DNA of 64,000 nucleotides from Macrostomum hystrix (Eukaryota > Animalia > Platyhelminthes), in contig CATNEN010000038.1 of assembly GCA_950097015.1 (NCBI GenBank), positions 3,224,001 to 3,288,000 of the forward strand, given 5' to 3'. How positions within the stretch are numbered: position 1 is the first letter of the stretch; each line of letters starts with the position of its first letter. The translations under genes were made by a program, and so were the position numbers. This document shows positions 41,101-53,400 of this stretch, piece after piece. The notes beneath the pieces are model-generated. The model was not told the DNA's origin. It did no database searches and was given only the letters and a program-made list of their open reading frames with translations.

Positions 41101-41202
41101 TTTGGCATCTTTTGGTGAAGAAATGGTGAAAATTGGTTGAGCCGTTCGGGAGAAAATCAATTACGAACAAGCAAGCAAGATTTTCATTTTTAGTATATTA
41201 GA
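38128..41202 (-). mobile_element. Nine type B mini-Helitrons plus a 48-bp type A head stub (39828-39875)
   Basis: Starts at 38128, 38471, 38801, 39138, 39485, 39876, 40214, 40545 and 40875. The last unit has an A-like head interior. Confidence 0.9.
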
Positions 41203-42839
41203 AGAAGAAAGAAGAAGTATTGTGCTTAGAGGATTCTGCTTTTCACACTTATATGAACCTCTGGCTAGAATATCTAAAAACAGCCTTGACAAATGCCGGT
41301 GGACTCTGAATGTCTAGGGGTCTAGGGTGCTGAGTGGGGACTGGGGCAGAGGGCGCAATAAATAGTGTACATTACTGCGCGCTTTGACTGCATGTACATT
41401 GATACTGTCCAGAGGGGTGGGTGCCTTGCTGTCTATTAGTTAAATGTACGCTAATCGGCAAGAAAATAAATTAGCCCAGATAGGGTGAACAAGATTTGCA
41501 CTATTTCAGGTTTTATTGCGTTCGTCAAAACAATGATTTTTTATTTCGCTTGAATTCCTGACTAGGCACGGTTCGCTTTCCGCTTCAAGAAAGAATTTTT
41601 TGTAAAGGATGTAAAAACCTGCGTCACTTTGTGGAATGAAAATAAAATATTTTATCTTTTTTTCTGACGATAAGAAAGATTGCAACATTTCATTCTAGCA
41701 AGACTGCATGGAAACAATCATTGTACCTACGCCTTGACAGTAGAAGTAGAAAGACTGCATTAGAAGCTAATTTTGCGCCTGGGGAAAGAACACGGGGGTA
41801 TTACAAATTCCCACTGCCTATTTCACAATAGCTCCCAAACCGAATGACAGATTTTCGTGAAAGTCCACCATCTGGATCATAATTTTCCTCCCTTTACGAT
41901 GAACGACTTTCAAAGCTGTACGAGCCAGCATCGTCGAGATATTCAGCAAATCTTGTCGAAAGCCCTGGTGACAAGGACAAGTAACATTGCTCTGTAAACC
42001 TCTTTGGCAAATCCATAAACTCTTGTGAACAAAATCGTAGAGCCTGGAGGCAACAAGACGAGCTGCTGCAGGAGCTCTTTCTACGGAAAGTCTGACGGTC
42101 TACTTAATTGTTCTTGTCCGGAGTCATTTCTCATTTCGATTAGGAGTCTGATCGAGCTGGTGCAGCTATAGAAGTCATTGTCAACAAGTTGTCAGCACGA
42201 AATTTTAATGACTTGCAGAATTCTTTCGGTCACCCATGATTGGAGTCCGCAGTTGCTGCATCCCATACTCGTATTAATGCGTTTCTGCTGATGTAATCGG
42301 CCGAGAACGAGACTGTATTCAGTAACGCCATCAGTTTTACTGGTAATAGTGATTTCAACGTACCTTATTAACTGATAAAGTAACTCGAAGGGGTCATGAT
42401 GATGTCATGTTTGAATGTCCGCGCGATCGGACGAGTAGACATATTTGATTTATCTAATATCTAAACTAAATTCTTCCCTTCCTCAGGGTGATTGGTGCTT
42501 AGAGGTTTTGCCCGGCACATCGCAGAATAGAGGGTGACTGGCAGGGCGGTTTTCAGTAGATATACCACGGGGTTATTTCATACCCTCATTTTACTTTTTT
42601 CTGTTTCTGCTAAAATATTCAACCAATTCAACCAAATATTCCGCGACCTTCAGGCTGCCATCAGGCTGGCACTTGCCCAGGTAAAAACGGTGAGCCGCGC
42701 TCTCATAACGCGGATGCTGTGGCTGCTAATAGCGGCGGGAAAGGCAGCCGACAAGGCAAACGAAGTCTTTAGGCGAGGCGAGGGTGGCTGCAAGGTCGTC
42801 TTCGCTAGTCTGCACGTCTCCTTGCCCCAACCCAATCTG

Positions 42840-43180
42840 TTTTGCCTGGTGACCGTGAGGCTGGGTCACGAGGCTCGCCACTGCATGAGGTAGCCCGCGT
42901 GGTGAAGGATGTCCTCTCTGGAGGTGCCGCGCCCCGCGAGTGGACAACAGCGCACATCGTTGTGATTCCGAAGAAGCCAGTCACGACATGGAAGGAAGAG
43001 CACAGAGGGATCTCGCTCATGTCCTGCGCCGCGAAGCTGTTCAACCGCGAGCTGCTAACAGCCCGTGCTGTAACAGTTCCTGCGCCCTGAGCAGAACGGG
43101 TTCTGCCCACATCGCGGTACACTTACGCAGATCGTTGCCTTCCGCCGCATAATCGAGGAGACGCGCATCCATCAGACATT
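42840..43180 (+). pseudogene. Degenerate non-LTR retrotransposon (LINE) reverse transcriptase fragment
   Basis: PREWTTAHIVVIPKK...HRGISLMSCAAKLFNRELL, then after a frameshift EQNGFCPHRGTLTQIVAFRRIIEE: the N-terminal RT subdomains, truncated before the YxDD motif. Confidence 0.8.
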
Positions 43181-44223
43181 GGATACATCAGTCAACGAAG
43201 ATCATCGTAGTGATCCTGTGCTCCTCTCTTTGATGTAGCACGCTGTTGACCTCAAAACCTAGTTTGTAGAATGAACTAACAGGGAATGTTAAAGCTATTA
43301 TTGCATACAAAAGAGGCAAAAACTTTCAGGCCAAAAGGATTCTACTCGCTGAAAAGAATCTCATGCAGTGAAAAGAGAATTCGCTGCACAATGCAGGGTG
43401 TGGACACTGCGTGGGCAGTTGCAAGATGTGGGTTGAAAATTGGTCGTGAGCCCAGCTGCCCCTTGTTTAGTGAAAGATGTGCAGCTCGTGGTTTTTTATC
43501 GCTATTCATCTTAACTTGATTTATGCCTCATTTATGGCTTCACAGCCACTCTGCCAGCGCTGCATCCAGTTGAATTTAATTTAAAGCATGCGTCTTCACT
43601 CTTATAAAGTAAAGTTAGCCTAAAGATAGAAACACGATGCTATCAACATCAAATCTTAGGCACTAATATGACTGTCTATGGCCACAACTTGCTGCATCTG
43701 CTTTGCTGAACTACCCAAAGCTTTTGGCCATAGACTTTTGGAGCGCGTACCTATAATGCATTGCTGTACCCTCTGACTACATCAAAATTGGTGGCTATGA
43801 ATTCGAACGCATGGTGTGATGCACTATACTTTTATTTTTACCTCTACGTTTCTTTAATCGGCAAGTCAATTTAAATTTAAATGATGTGCATGCAAAGTTA
43901 TCAAAGCTATCTACAGAGCGACAGAGATAAAGTTGCTCTGAGAGCCAAGATTTAGGCGATAATAAAACACAGTCAAAGTTTCATCAGCGTCAAGTATGTC
44001 ATGGGTTACAAAATATCAAAAGCGCACAAAGTGTCGCGGTAAAAAGGACTAATGAAGGAATTCAAGTAGAATAAAAAGCTGCCGAACAGAAGGGAAACGG
44101 ACAATTGGGGGCTCTTTTGAATGGAAGGCAGCCAAGCGTTTACTGTCCACGCGCCCGAGTCGACCCTCTGAATGGACCCCGCGCAACTTATTCGAGTTGA
44201 GGTGAATGCGGAGCAAGTTATTG

Positions 44224-44230
44224 TATATAA
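44224..44230 (+). promoter_or_regulatory. Candidate TATA box of the mucin-like gene
   Basis: TATATAA ~210 nt upstream of the proposed ATG at 44437. Confidence 0.4.
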
Positions 44231-44436
44231 GGGCTTAGACTTTGATGCTGACCCACAACAGTAAAAAATTCATTTTTTTGTCAGAAGAATTCCTAAAGAA
44301 ACTTTAACTGGTTTTCTTGCCACAGACCATCTTCATTGCCAGAAATATTATTCAAAAGTTTACATCGAAAGTTTTAAAACTCTGAGTAAAAATACCTGCT
44401 ACAGCTTCCGAAAGGGTATTCCGAATCTTCATCGCA

Positions 44437-47400
44437 ATGCCAGGTGGGTGTTACAATTTGACTTCAATTTAAATTAGGATAGGATACAAAGAGTTACCTT
44501 GAAGTCACAAGTTAACCTTATTCTGTAATAAAAAGAAAAATTTTATTACAGAATTGCAACCTTGTTACATTATTACAAGAGTATGTCTGGAGCATTTGAA
44601 GAGTAAGCATATATGTAATTGTTTCTTGAGTTTCACAATACATAGAGTTGCAAAAAATAGTACGTCTATTCTGTTCAAAAATCATTAGAAACATTCACAA
44701 ATAAATTATTGTGCTTGACGTAGTACCCTATATGCTGGATGAAAATGTCCTATAGGATTTAATCGACTGGCTCCAGGTCACTCGGTTGCTGCCCTGTGCC
44801 TGGTACTAGCATGTCAGGCCGCCCAGTCGTTCGGCATGACCACCCCTGACCCATTCTGCTCCTGCGTGCCGCTCACCACTAAATACTTTTTCACAACACC
44901 GGGGCCAACGACAACTTTGACGACAACTACGGCTCAGTCAACAACGACTCCAGGTGAGTCAGTTTTCGATGATACATATTCGTAGGTTAATGCAATCTTT
45001 GGCACTCCCGAAAAAACTACCCAAAATGACTGTGGTCTCGCCGCGGAATCGAGCTCAGGGACCTTGCCACGAGAGCTAGGCAGACGCATTTTAACCGGTC
45101 TGTCATTGATCCCCACTACTTCGAGTAAACTGCTAGATAAAGGATTCTGTATAATTTTATTTTCTAGTCTGTGCCTACGTCAACGGCCTGTCACAGCAGT
45201 CGTACATTCCTGACAAATCCATATCTGGCGTTCGCCCCGGAGCCTCTGGGGACTTTCTCATTAGCTTGACCGACCAGATGACCGTCAATTTCTTGATTGA
45301 CGGCTGTCGTTCAGCTCAGATCTACATCAATAGAGTTTGCGTGAACGGAAACGTGATGCAGGCTCGGATCACCTACGTTCCGTCTGTCGGCGATAGGTTC
45401 GTTGTGTTTGAGCCATCTGTAAATTTTACGGCAGAGGGTGTTGGCGCCCAGCTGTGCTACGAGTTACGCACTCGCATGGTGGAACTGGCTATTCGTCCGC
45501 TGAACCTCAAGCCGAGCGCATCCACCGCGATAGATTACCAAGCTTTCGTCAGCATTGAGGGCTGCTTCACGGCTCTAAGCCCAGCATGTCTGACTACTTC
45601 CACCAGCACCAGCACCAGTACTAGCACCAGCACTAGCACCAGCACCAGCACCAGCACCAGCACCAGCACCAGCACCAGCACCAGCACCAGCACCAGCACC
45701 AGCCCTAGCACTAGCACTACATCCAGAACCGGCACCAGCACTTCTACAGCCGCAACAATGACCACAAGGTTGAGTTCCACAACAGGTGAGTATTTTTTGG
45801 AAAGATTGTTACTAATAAAAGTAATAATTACGAAGCGCTCCAAACCGGCAATCAAGTGGGAGATGCGTAGCCAGGTAAATTACGAGGGGAAGGCATCAAA
45901 GTCATCGATGTAGAGCTCCGATGGACCCTATCCACAACTGCGCAGTACTCGCAGAGTTTATTTGTTTATGAGCGTGTAGCAATGGAATCCAAACAAAGAA
46001 AACATGTTTGTTTAGGATACTCTAGAGTACTCCATTAAAATCAAGAATCGAATACTAGAATTCAACTAAGATTGTACTCAACTCAACTAGCATTATAAAA
46101 AACGAAAACGCGCAAACAGGAAACACGCCTGCAGCTCAGGAGTCTACGACCACATCAACTGGAACCTCATCAGCAACAACAACATCCGCGTCTTTTGCAA
46201 CATCGACATCGACCACGCGAGTTTCAAGCCAAACTTCGAAAATTGCTACTTCTTCTCCGGCAGGTACCACGACAAGTTCTACTGGTACCATGGCCTCTTT
46301 CATGTCAACAACAGCACCTACGCCAACCACTGGAACAACAGCAACAATCGCGTCATCCGTAGGTTCAATGACAACGTTGAATGCCTCCATCGTCTCCAGA
46401 ACACCAACTACCGTCTCCACTCGCACAAGTACACAGAGTACCGCTGCTGTCACTATAGGGACTTCCACCCAGTATTCAGCGAAGACGACGAATGGGGAGC
46501 TGGCGTCAACGACTACGACTACTGCAACAGCTACAAATACTTCGCCATCAACAGCGACAACAATTCAAGCAAACATTTCAGAAGCAACAACTACAATGAC
46601 AACGGCAGCAAGCCCAACAACAACGCCAACTACGAAAACGCTGACAACCCAAACTATTCCAACCCCGGCGATCACAGCAGCTAGCACGCTGCCAGCTTCA
46701 ACCTCAACGACAACAATCACAGCGTCGACTCTACCGCCAAGCACCATCAAGCCGACTGTTTGTCCGGCCGTGAACGGTCTGTCAGACACTCGCTACATTC
46801 CCGATTGGGCCATCACCGGCGCCAGTATGAGGTTTGGGCAGTTTGAAATCCTTGTTGGGTCCCGTGCAGCAGTGCAGGTGGACTTGACGGCAGGTGGCTG
46901 CAGAGCGTCGCCGACCTACTTGACGAGAGTCTGTCTAACAGGAAACGTTGCTCAAGCGTCAATCTACACACAGACCGCATACCCAACTGGACGATTTGAC
47001 CTCGTGTTCGAGTCGAGCACTATCTCCGTCTCATCGCCGCTGACGCCCCTATGCATTCCCCTCGGGATCAATGTTACTGGGATTATTGTATCGCCAAAGG
47101 AACTGCTGAATCGCACATCAACCGAGGCTTACTTCTCGTTTTATTTAAGCATTGAAGGCTGCTTTTCAACGTTATCTTCAGCGTGCCTTACCCAGACGAC
47201 AACAAGCTTAACTGTGTCAACTGCATCAACTTCAACCACACTCAGCACTTCTACCAGCACCACTCCTTCAACAACAACAACATGTGTGGTGAACGGCCTC
47301 TCTAGTGAATCGTACATACCGAGCTACGCCATAGACGCACCGGGCTACAGCTCGATGCTGGGCTTTAGCGTCAGCAAGGGTTCGGTACTCGGAGTGTACA

Positions 47401-50400
47401 TTGATGTCTCAGTACGAGGCTGCCGCAGTCCGCTATATATTTACAAAGTAAGCTGCTCTGTATTCTCCTTCATGCTAATACTTGTATAAGTATTTACTTT
47501 TTGCTACAAAGTATAGACGATTTCTTTTTAGATTTGCTTGTTCGGTGGCAATCTGAGAAGAGCCAATGTGCTTATCAAGCAGGGACCGTCTCTTTCTTGG
47601 GAGTTTTTTCAACCGTCTCTGACAAGCATAAGTGACACCACAGTACCAATTTGCTATACTCCTCTGTTACCAATTGCGGAGCTGCGAGTCGTACCCCAAG
47701 AGTTTAAAAGTGGCGCTTCCGACACTGTAAATTATCAGTTTTTTATGACGATTGAAGCTTGCTTCACATCAGTGCCAACGTCTTGCGCAACAACGTCAGG
47801 TTCTACGACTGGAACTACTCCATCAACTACTGCTACTAACACGACTTCTTCAACATCGCCGATCACATCTACAACTACGACACCGACGACCAGCATAGCT
47901 GTGAGCACAAGTACAACGGCCGCTAGTACAACTGCTTCCTGCATTGTTGACGGCATGACAGATGAAAGATTCATCCCCCAATTCGCTATCAGTGGTGCAA
48001 GTTTGACAGTATCAGGGTACTTAATACCATTGGGTGGCTTGTACGCCATTACAATTGATATTTCAGTATATGGCTGTCGGCCGCCAATCGCGATTGAGAG
48101 TGTAGGCACATTTACTTTCTTTTGTTCTGGTTGTACAAGGAAAGCATATTTTATTTTAAATTGTTAATGGAACAAACGATTCCTAATTTTTCAGATATGC
48201 CTGCTAGGCAACATTCAGAGAGCTTACATGCTTTATCAGACCTCTTTCGGAGGAGCTTTCAGCCCAGACATAAATTCAGCCAACATGGTTGCCTCTGGGA
48301 CAACAGACCCATTGTGCTTTTCTCTACCAGTTGGCATGAGGATCACAGGGGTGCGAGTCGCACCACAACAATTGAAGAATACTTTCAGCACTGACACTAC
48401 GTACAGGACGTTCTTAATTATCAAGGCTTGCTTTACTTTTCTGAACACTACGTGTCTTACAACCACGACAACGACTACAACTACTCCTACAACAACGACA
48501 GCAACAACTACTACAGCAACGACAGCCACTTCGACAACGACTTCAACTTCAACAACGACAGTTCTCACAACAAGTAAGTATTTTGAGCAGAAGAACTGCA
48601 ACAGAAAAATATTTGAGCTTTTTTGTGCTTTTAAAACATTACTTTATTCGCATTTCAGTTTGTCCTATAGTAAACGGCATGTCAAGCCCTGTGTTTCTGC
48701 CTTCTTTTACTATCACTGGAGCGACACTGAATGGCGCAACTGGCTGGAATATTCCAGTGTCCAGTTTCGGCTACATCTCCGTTGATTTAACCGCTGGCGG
48801 TTGCAGAGGGGCTGTGGTTGTTGATCAGGTACGTCAATAAAATTACGCCAACTAATCAAATTAGATTTTTAGGTAACTTGGCAAAAGTAGACAATGAAAC
48901 ATGATAAATTAAAATTCAGCTTTTTCACGACCATGTAATTCCTTTAAAAAACGTATAAATTGCAGGTTTGCCTATTTGGCAACGTCAAGAGCGCAAACGT
49001 GGTATATCGCAGAAGCGTCAGTGATTTTCCAACCCTGCACAAAGATTCTTCACTTGAAACGAGCACACCAGAGCTTTGCTATAAGCTGAACACAGAGATG
49101 GTGCAGTTGGAGATCGCTCCTAGAGCCCAGCTAGCCTCAGCGCCGAACTATCAATTCTTTCTTTCTATCTATGCTTGCTTCATCGCATTAAATTCCACCT
49201 GTCAACTGGCTCCGACAACGGCAGCTACAGCCTCAGCAACAGCTAGAACCACGATAGCGACTAGTACTATAGCGGTACCTTCGGGTTCTTCCACGATGCA
49301 ACCGATGACAAGCACATCGACTCCAATTTTGACAACGGCAACAACGCAAACAACGACGTGTGAGTATTTGAAAGTTTTATTCGAAAATTGATTTATCGGA
49401 ACTGCTTTTTGTACTGATAAAAATATATTTCAGCTTGTCTGGTAGACGCTATGAGTCGTTCAGATCTTCTCCCTTCGTTTGCAATCACCGGTGGCGAGTA
49501 CAGACCGCTTAGCGGCTACATCTTACCCCTGAATTCTTCAGGCCTGCACATTGACCTTACCGTTCGAGGGTGCCGCTCAGCTGTAATCGTCACGCGGGTA
49601 TGTTCAGTATTTTACATTCTTTCAAGTCCGTCTCTAGGAGAAAAAACACTTTTCACTACTAAAGATTGCTGGAAAAACGCACCTCTCTAAATTTCACAGC
49701 TGTGCCTCTCTGGAAACGTATACAGCGCCCAGATACTGATTCGAGAGCCAACTAGTGACAAGCTCGTGCTCGACTTCAGCACTCCTGGAAAGACTTCCTC
49801 CACCGGTGATCCAATCTGTTATGATCTCAATCGTCTCACCTCTGAGCTGATGATTCTTCCCATGGGAACGAAGCCTGGCTATATCTCCACCGAGTATCAG
49901 TTCTTCGTGTCCCTAATGGCCTGCGTGTACCCACTGAATTCGATATGCCTGACAACCCCAACCACGACCACCAGTACTAGCACCACAACGACATCGACCA
50001 CATCAACAACGACACCAACAACTACTACCACGACAACAACACCGACAACAACTACGACCACAACTCCGACGACTAGTAGAACTACATCAACCACGACCAG
50101 GACTACACCAACCACCACTTTGGAGACCACAACCACATGCCTGATCGATGGCTTCTACCAGTCAAATCTGATTCCATCCTTTGCCGTATCTGGTGGAGAA
50201 TACGACCCGTTCTATGGCTACAGGTTGCCTCTGAGGAATGGGAGCTTGGTAATTGACCTCACCGTCAATTCGTGCAGGCCGCCAGTTGCTGTCGATCGGG
50301 TTCGTTAATATTGTTTTGTTGATAATCCACTATACTAAAAATGAAATGGTTGGTTGCTTGTAATTGATTTTCTCCCGAACGGCTCAACCGATTTTCACCA

Positions 50401-53400
50401 TTTCTTCACCAAAAGATGGACAATTAATATAGGGACAATTATACACGTATTTTTATTAAGCTTAACTTTATTGCTAAGGGGATTAAATATTCGAAAAACA
50501 TGTTTTTTGACCATTTCAAAGGTCAAACTATCTTGGCCTATTGAGAATTTCATTCACTGACTGCCACTGAATTAGAATTGCATCGTCAAATTGCGCAACA
50601 ACCCCTAGCTGATTGTATTTAAAGCCTGCACTCTGGAGACAAATTTGAAATAAATGTACACAACCAACCGCGAGACTGAGTGTACTCTATTTTCTCACTT
50701 CATTGTACAAAGCCAGAACTTTGAGAATTCATTTTATAAGGCTGATTTTTGCACCCACTAACCAACAGTCGGAATAGCCGATGTGTAGGCACTAGGAATA
50801 GGTTATAGGCTAGGCTAGGGTTCGATTCTGCACTGCGTCAAATCATTTTAGACTAATTTTCAGCCAGTAGTGATTGAAGACTATTTTAATTTATTTTTTT
50901 CATTTCGTAAATAAAATATCATAAATCATAGCAAACCTGAGTTTGAATCATTGCAAAAATAGAGTTTGAATCATGGCTAAACCAGAGTCTGAATCATGGC
51001 TAAACTAGAGTTTGAATCATGGCTAAACCAGAGTTTGAATCATGGCTAAACCAGAGTTTGAATCATGGCTAAACTAGAGTCTGAATCATGGCTAAACTGG
51101 AGTCTGAATCATGGCTAAACCATAGTCGGAATCATGGCTAAAATAGAGTCTGAATCATGGCTAAACCAGAGTCTGAATCATGGCAAAACTGGAGTCTGAA
51201 TCATGGCTAAACCATAGTCTGAATCATGGCTAAAATAGAGTTTGAATCATGGCTAAACCAGAGTCTGAATCATGGCTAAACTAGAGTTTGAATCATGGCT
51301 AAACCAGAGTTTGAATCATGGCTAAACCAGAGTTTGAATCATGGCTAAACCAGAGCTTGAGTCATGGCTAAACCAGAGTTTGAATCATGGCTAACCCAGC
51401 GTTTGAATCATGGCTAAACCAGAGTTTGAATCATGGCTAAACCAGAGTTTGAATCATGGCTAAACCAGCGTTTGAATCATGGCCAAACCAGAGTCTGAAT
51501 CATGGCTAAACCAGAGTTTGAACCATGGCTAAACCATAATCTGAATCATGGCTAAACCAGAGTTTGAATCATGGCTAAACCAGCGTTTGAATCATGGCTA
51601 AACCAGAGCTTGAGTCATGGCTAAACCAGAGTTTGAATCATGGCTAACCCAGCGTTTGAATCATGGCTAAACCAGAGTTTGAATCATGGCTAAACCAGAG
51701 TTTGAATCATGGCTAAACCAGCGTTTGAATCATGGCCAAACCAGAGTCTGAATCATGGCTAAACCAGAGTCTGAATCATGGCTAAACCAGAGTTTGAACC
51801 ATGGCTAAACCATAATCTGAATCATGGCTAAACCAGAGTTTGAATCATGGCTAAACCAGAGTTTGAATCATGGCTAAACTAGAGTCTGAATCATGGCTAA
51901 ACTGGAGTCTGAATCATGGCTAAACCATAGTCTGAATCATGGCTAAAATAGAGTCTGAATCATGGCTAAACCATAGTCTGAATCATGGCTAAACCAGAGT
52001 CTGAATCATGGCTAAACTAGAGTTTGAATCATGGCTAAACCAGAGCTTGAATCATGGCTAAACCAGCGTTTGAATCATGGCTAAACCAGCGTTTGAATCA
52101 TGGCTAAACCAGCGTTTGAATCATGGCTAAACCAGCGTTTGAATCATGGCTAAACCAGCGTTTGAATCATGGCTAAACCAGCGTTTGAATCATGGCTAAA
52201 CCAGCGTTTGAATCATGGCTAAACCAGCGTTTGAATCATGGCTAAACCAGCGTTTGAATCATGGCTAAACCAGCGTTTGAATCATGGCTAAACCAGAGTT
52301 TGAATCATGGCTAAACCATAGTCTGAATCATGGCTAAACCATAGTCTGAATCATGGCTAAACTAGAGTCTGAATCATGGCTAAACCAGAGTCTGAATCAT
52401 GGCAAAACTGGAGTCTGAATCATGGCTAAACCATAGTCTGAATCATGGCTAAAATAGAGTCTGAATCATGGCTAAACCAGAGTTTGAATCATGGCTAAAC
52501 CAGAGTTTGAATCATGGCTAAACCAGAGACTAAATCATGGCTACACCAGGGTTTGAATCATGGCTAACTAGATTCTGAATCATGGCTAAACCAGAGTTTG
52601 AATCATGGCAAAACCAGAGTTTGAATCATGGCTAAACCAGAGACTAAATCATGGCTACACCAGGGTTTGAATCATGGCTAAACCAGAGTTTGAATCATAG
52701 GTAAACCAGCGTCTGAATCATGGCTAAACCAGAGTTTGAATCATGGCTAAACCAGAGTTTGAATCATGGCTAAACCAGAGTCTGAATCATGGCCAAACCA
52801 TAGTCTGAATCATGGCTAAAATAGAGTCTGAATCATGGCTAAAATAGAGTCGGAATCATGGCTAAACCAGAGTCTGATCATGGCTAAACCATAGTCTGAA
52901 TCATGGCTAAAATAGAGTCTGAATCATGGCTAAAATAGAGTCTGAATCATGGCTAAACCAGAGTCGGAATCATGGCTAAACCAGAGTCTGAATCATGGCT
53001 AAACTAGAGTCTGAATCATGGCTAAACCAGAGTCTGAATCATTGCAAAACTGGAGTCTGAATCATGGCTAAACCATAGTCTGAATCATGGCTAAAATAGA
53101 GTCTGAATCATGGCTAAACCAGAGTCTGAAACATGGCAAAACCAGAGTTTGAATCATGGCAAAACCAGAGTTTGAATCATGGCTAAACCAGCGTTTGAAT
53201 CATGGCTAAACCAGAGCTTGAGTCATGGCTAAACCAGAGTTTGAATCATGGCTAACCCAGCGTTTGAATCATGGCTAAACCAGAGTTTGAATCATGGCTA
53301 ACCCATCGTTTGAATCATGGCTAAACCAGCGTTTGAATCATGGCCAAACCAGAGTCTAATTCATGGCTAAACCAGAGTTTGAACCATGGCTAACCCAGCG

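Larger units (their letters stand above)
1..41217 (-). mobile_element. Heterogeneous head-to-tail tandem array of Helitron elements (28 units + 1 stub; continues beyond the left edge)
   Basis: Repeated plus-strand junctions ...catttttagtatattaga|ctagc..., which on the minus strand read hairpin-CTAG|TCTAATATACTAAAAATG. Unit starts (+): 1277, 1617, 1947, 2289, 2620, 7274, 11095, 21186, 21526, 21865, 22207, 22542, 22895, 23222, 33312, 33649, 33974, 34308, 38128, 38471, 38801, 39138, 39485, 39876, 40214, 40545, 40875. Right boundary lies at 41202-41217. Confidence 0.93.

Noticed and set aside
41300-44200. Short ORFs in the spacer (41506, 42534, 43286) and at 63430-63636
   Set aside because: No recognizable motifs or splice-consistent model apart from the RT fragment.
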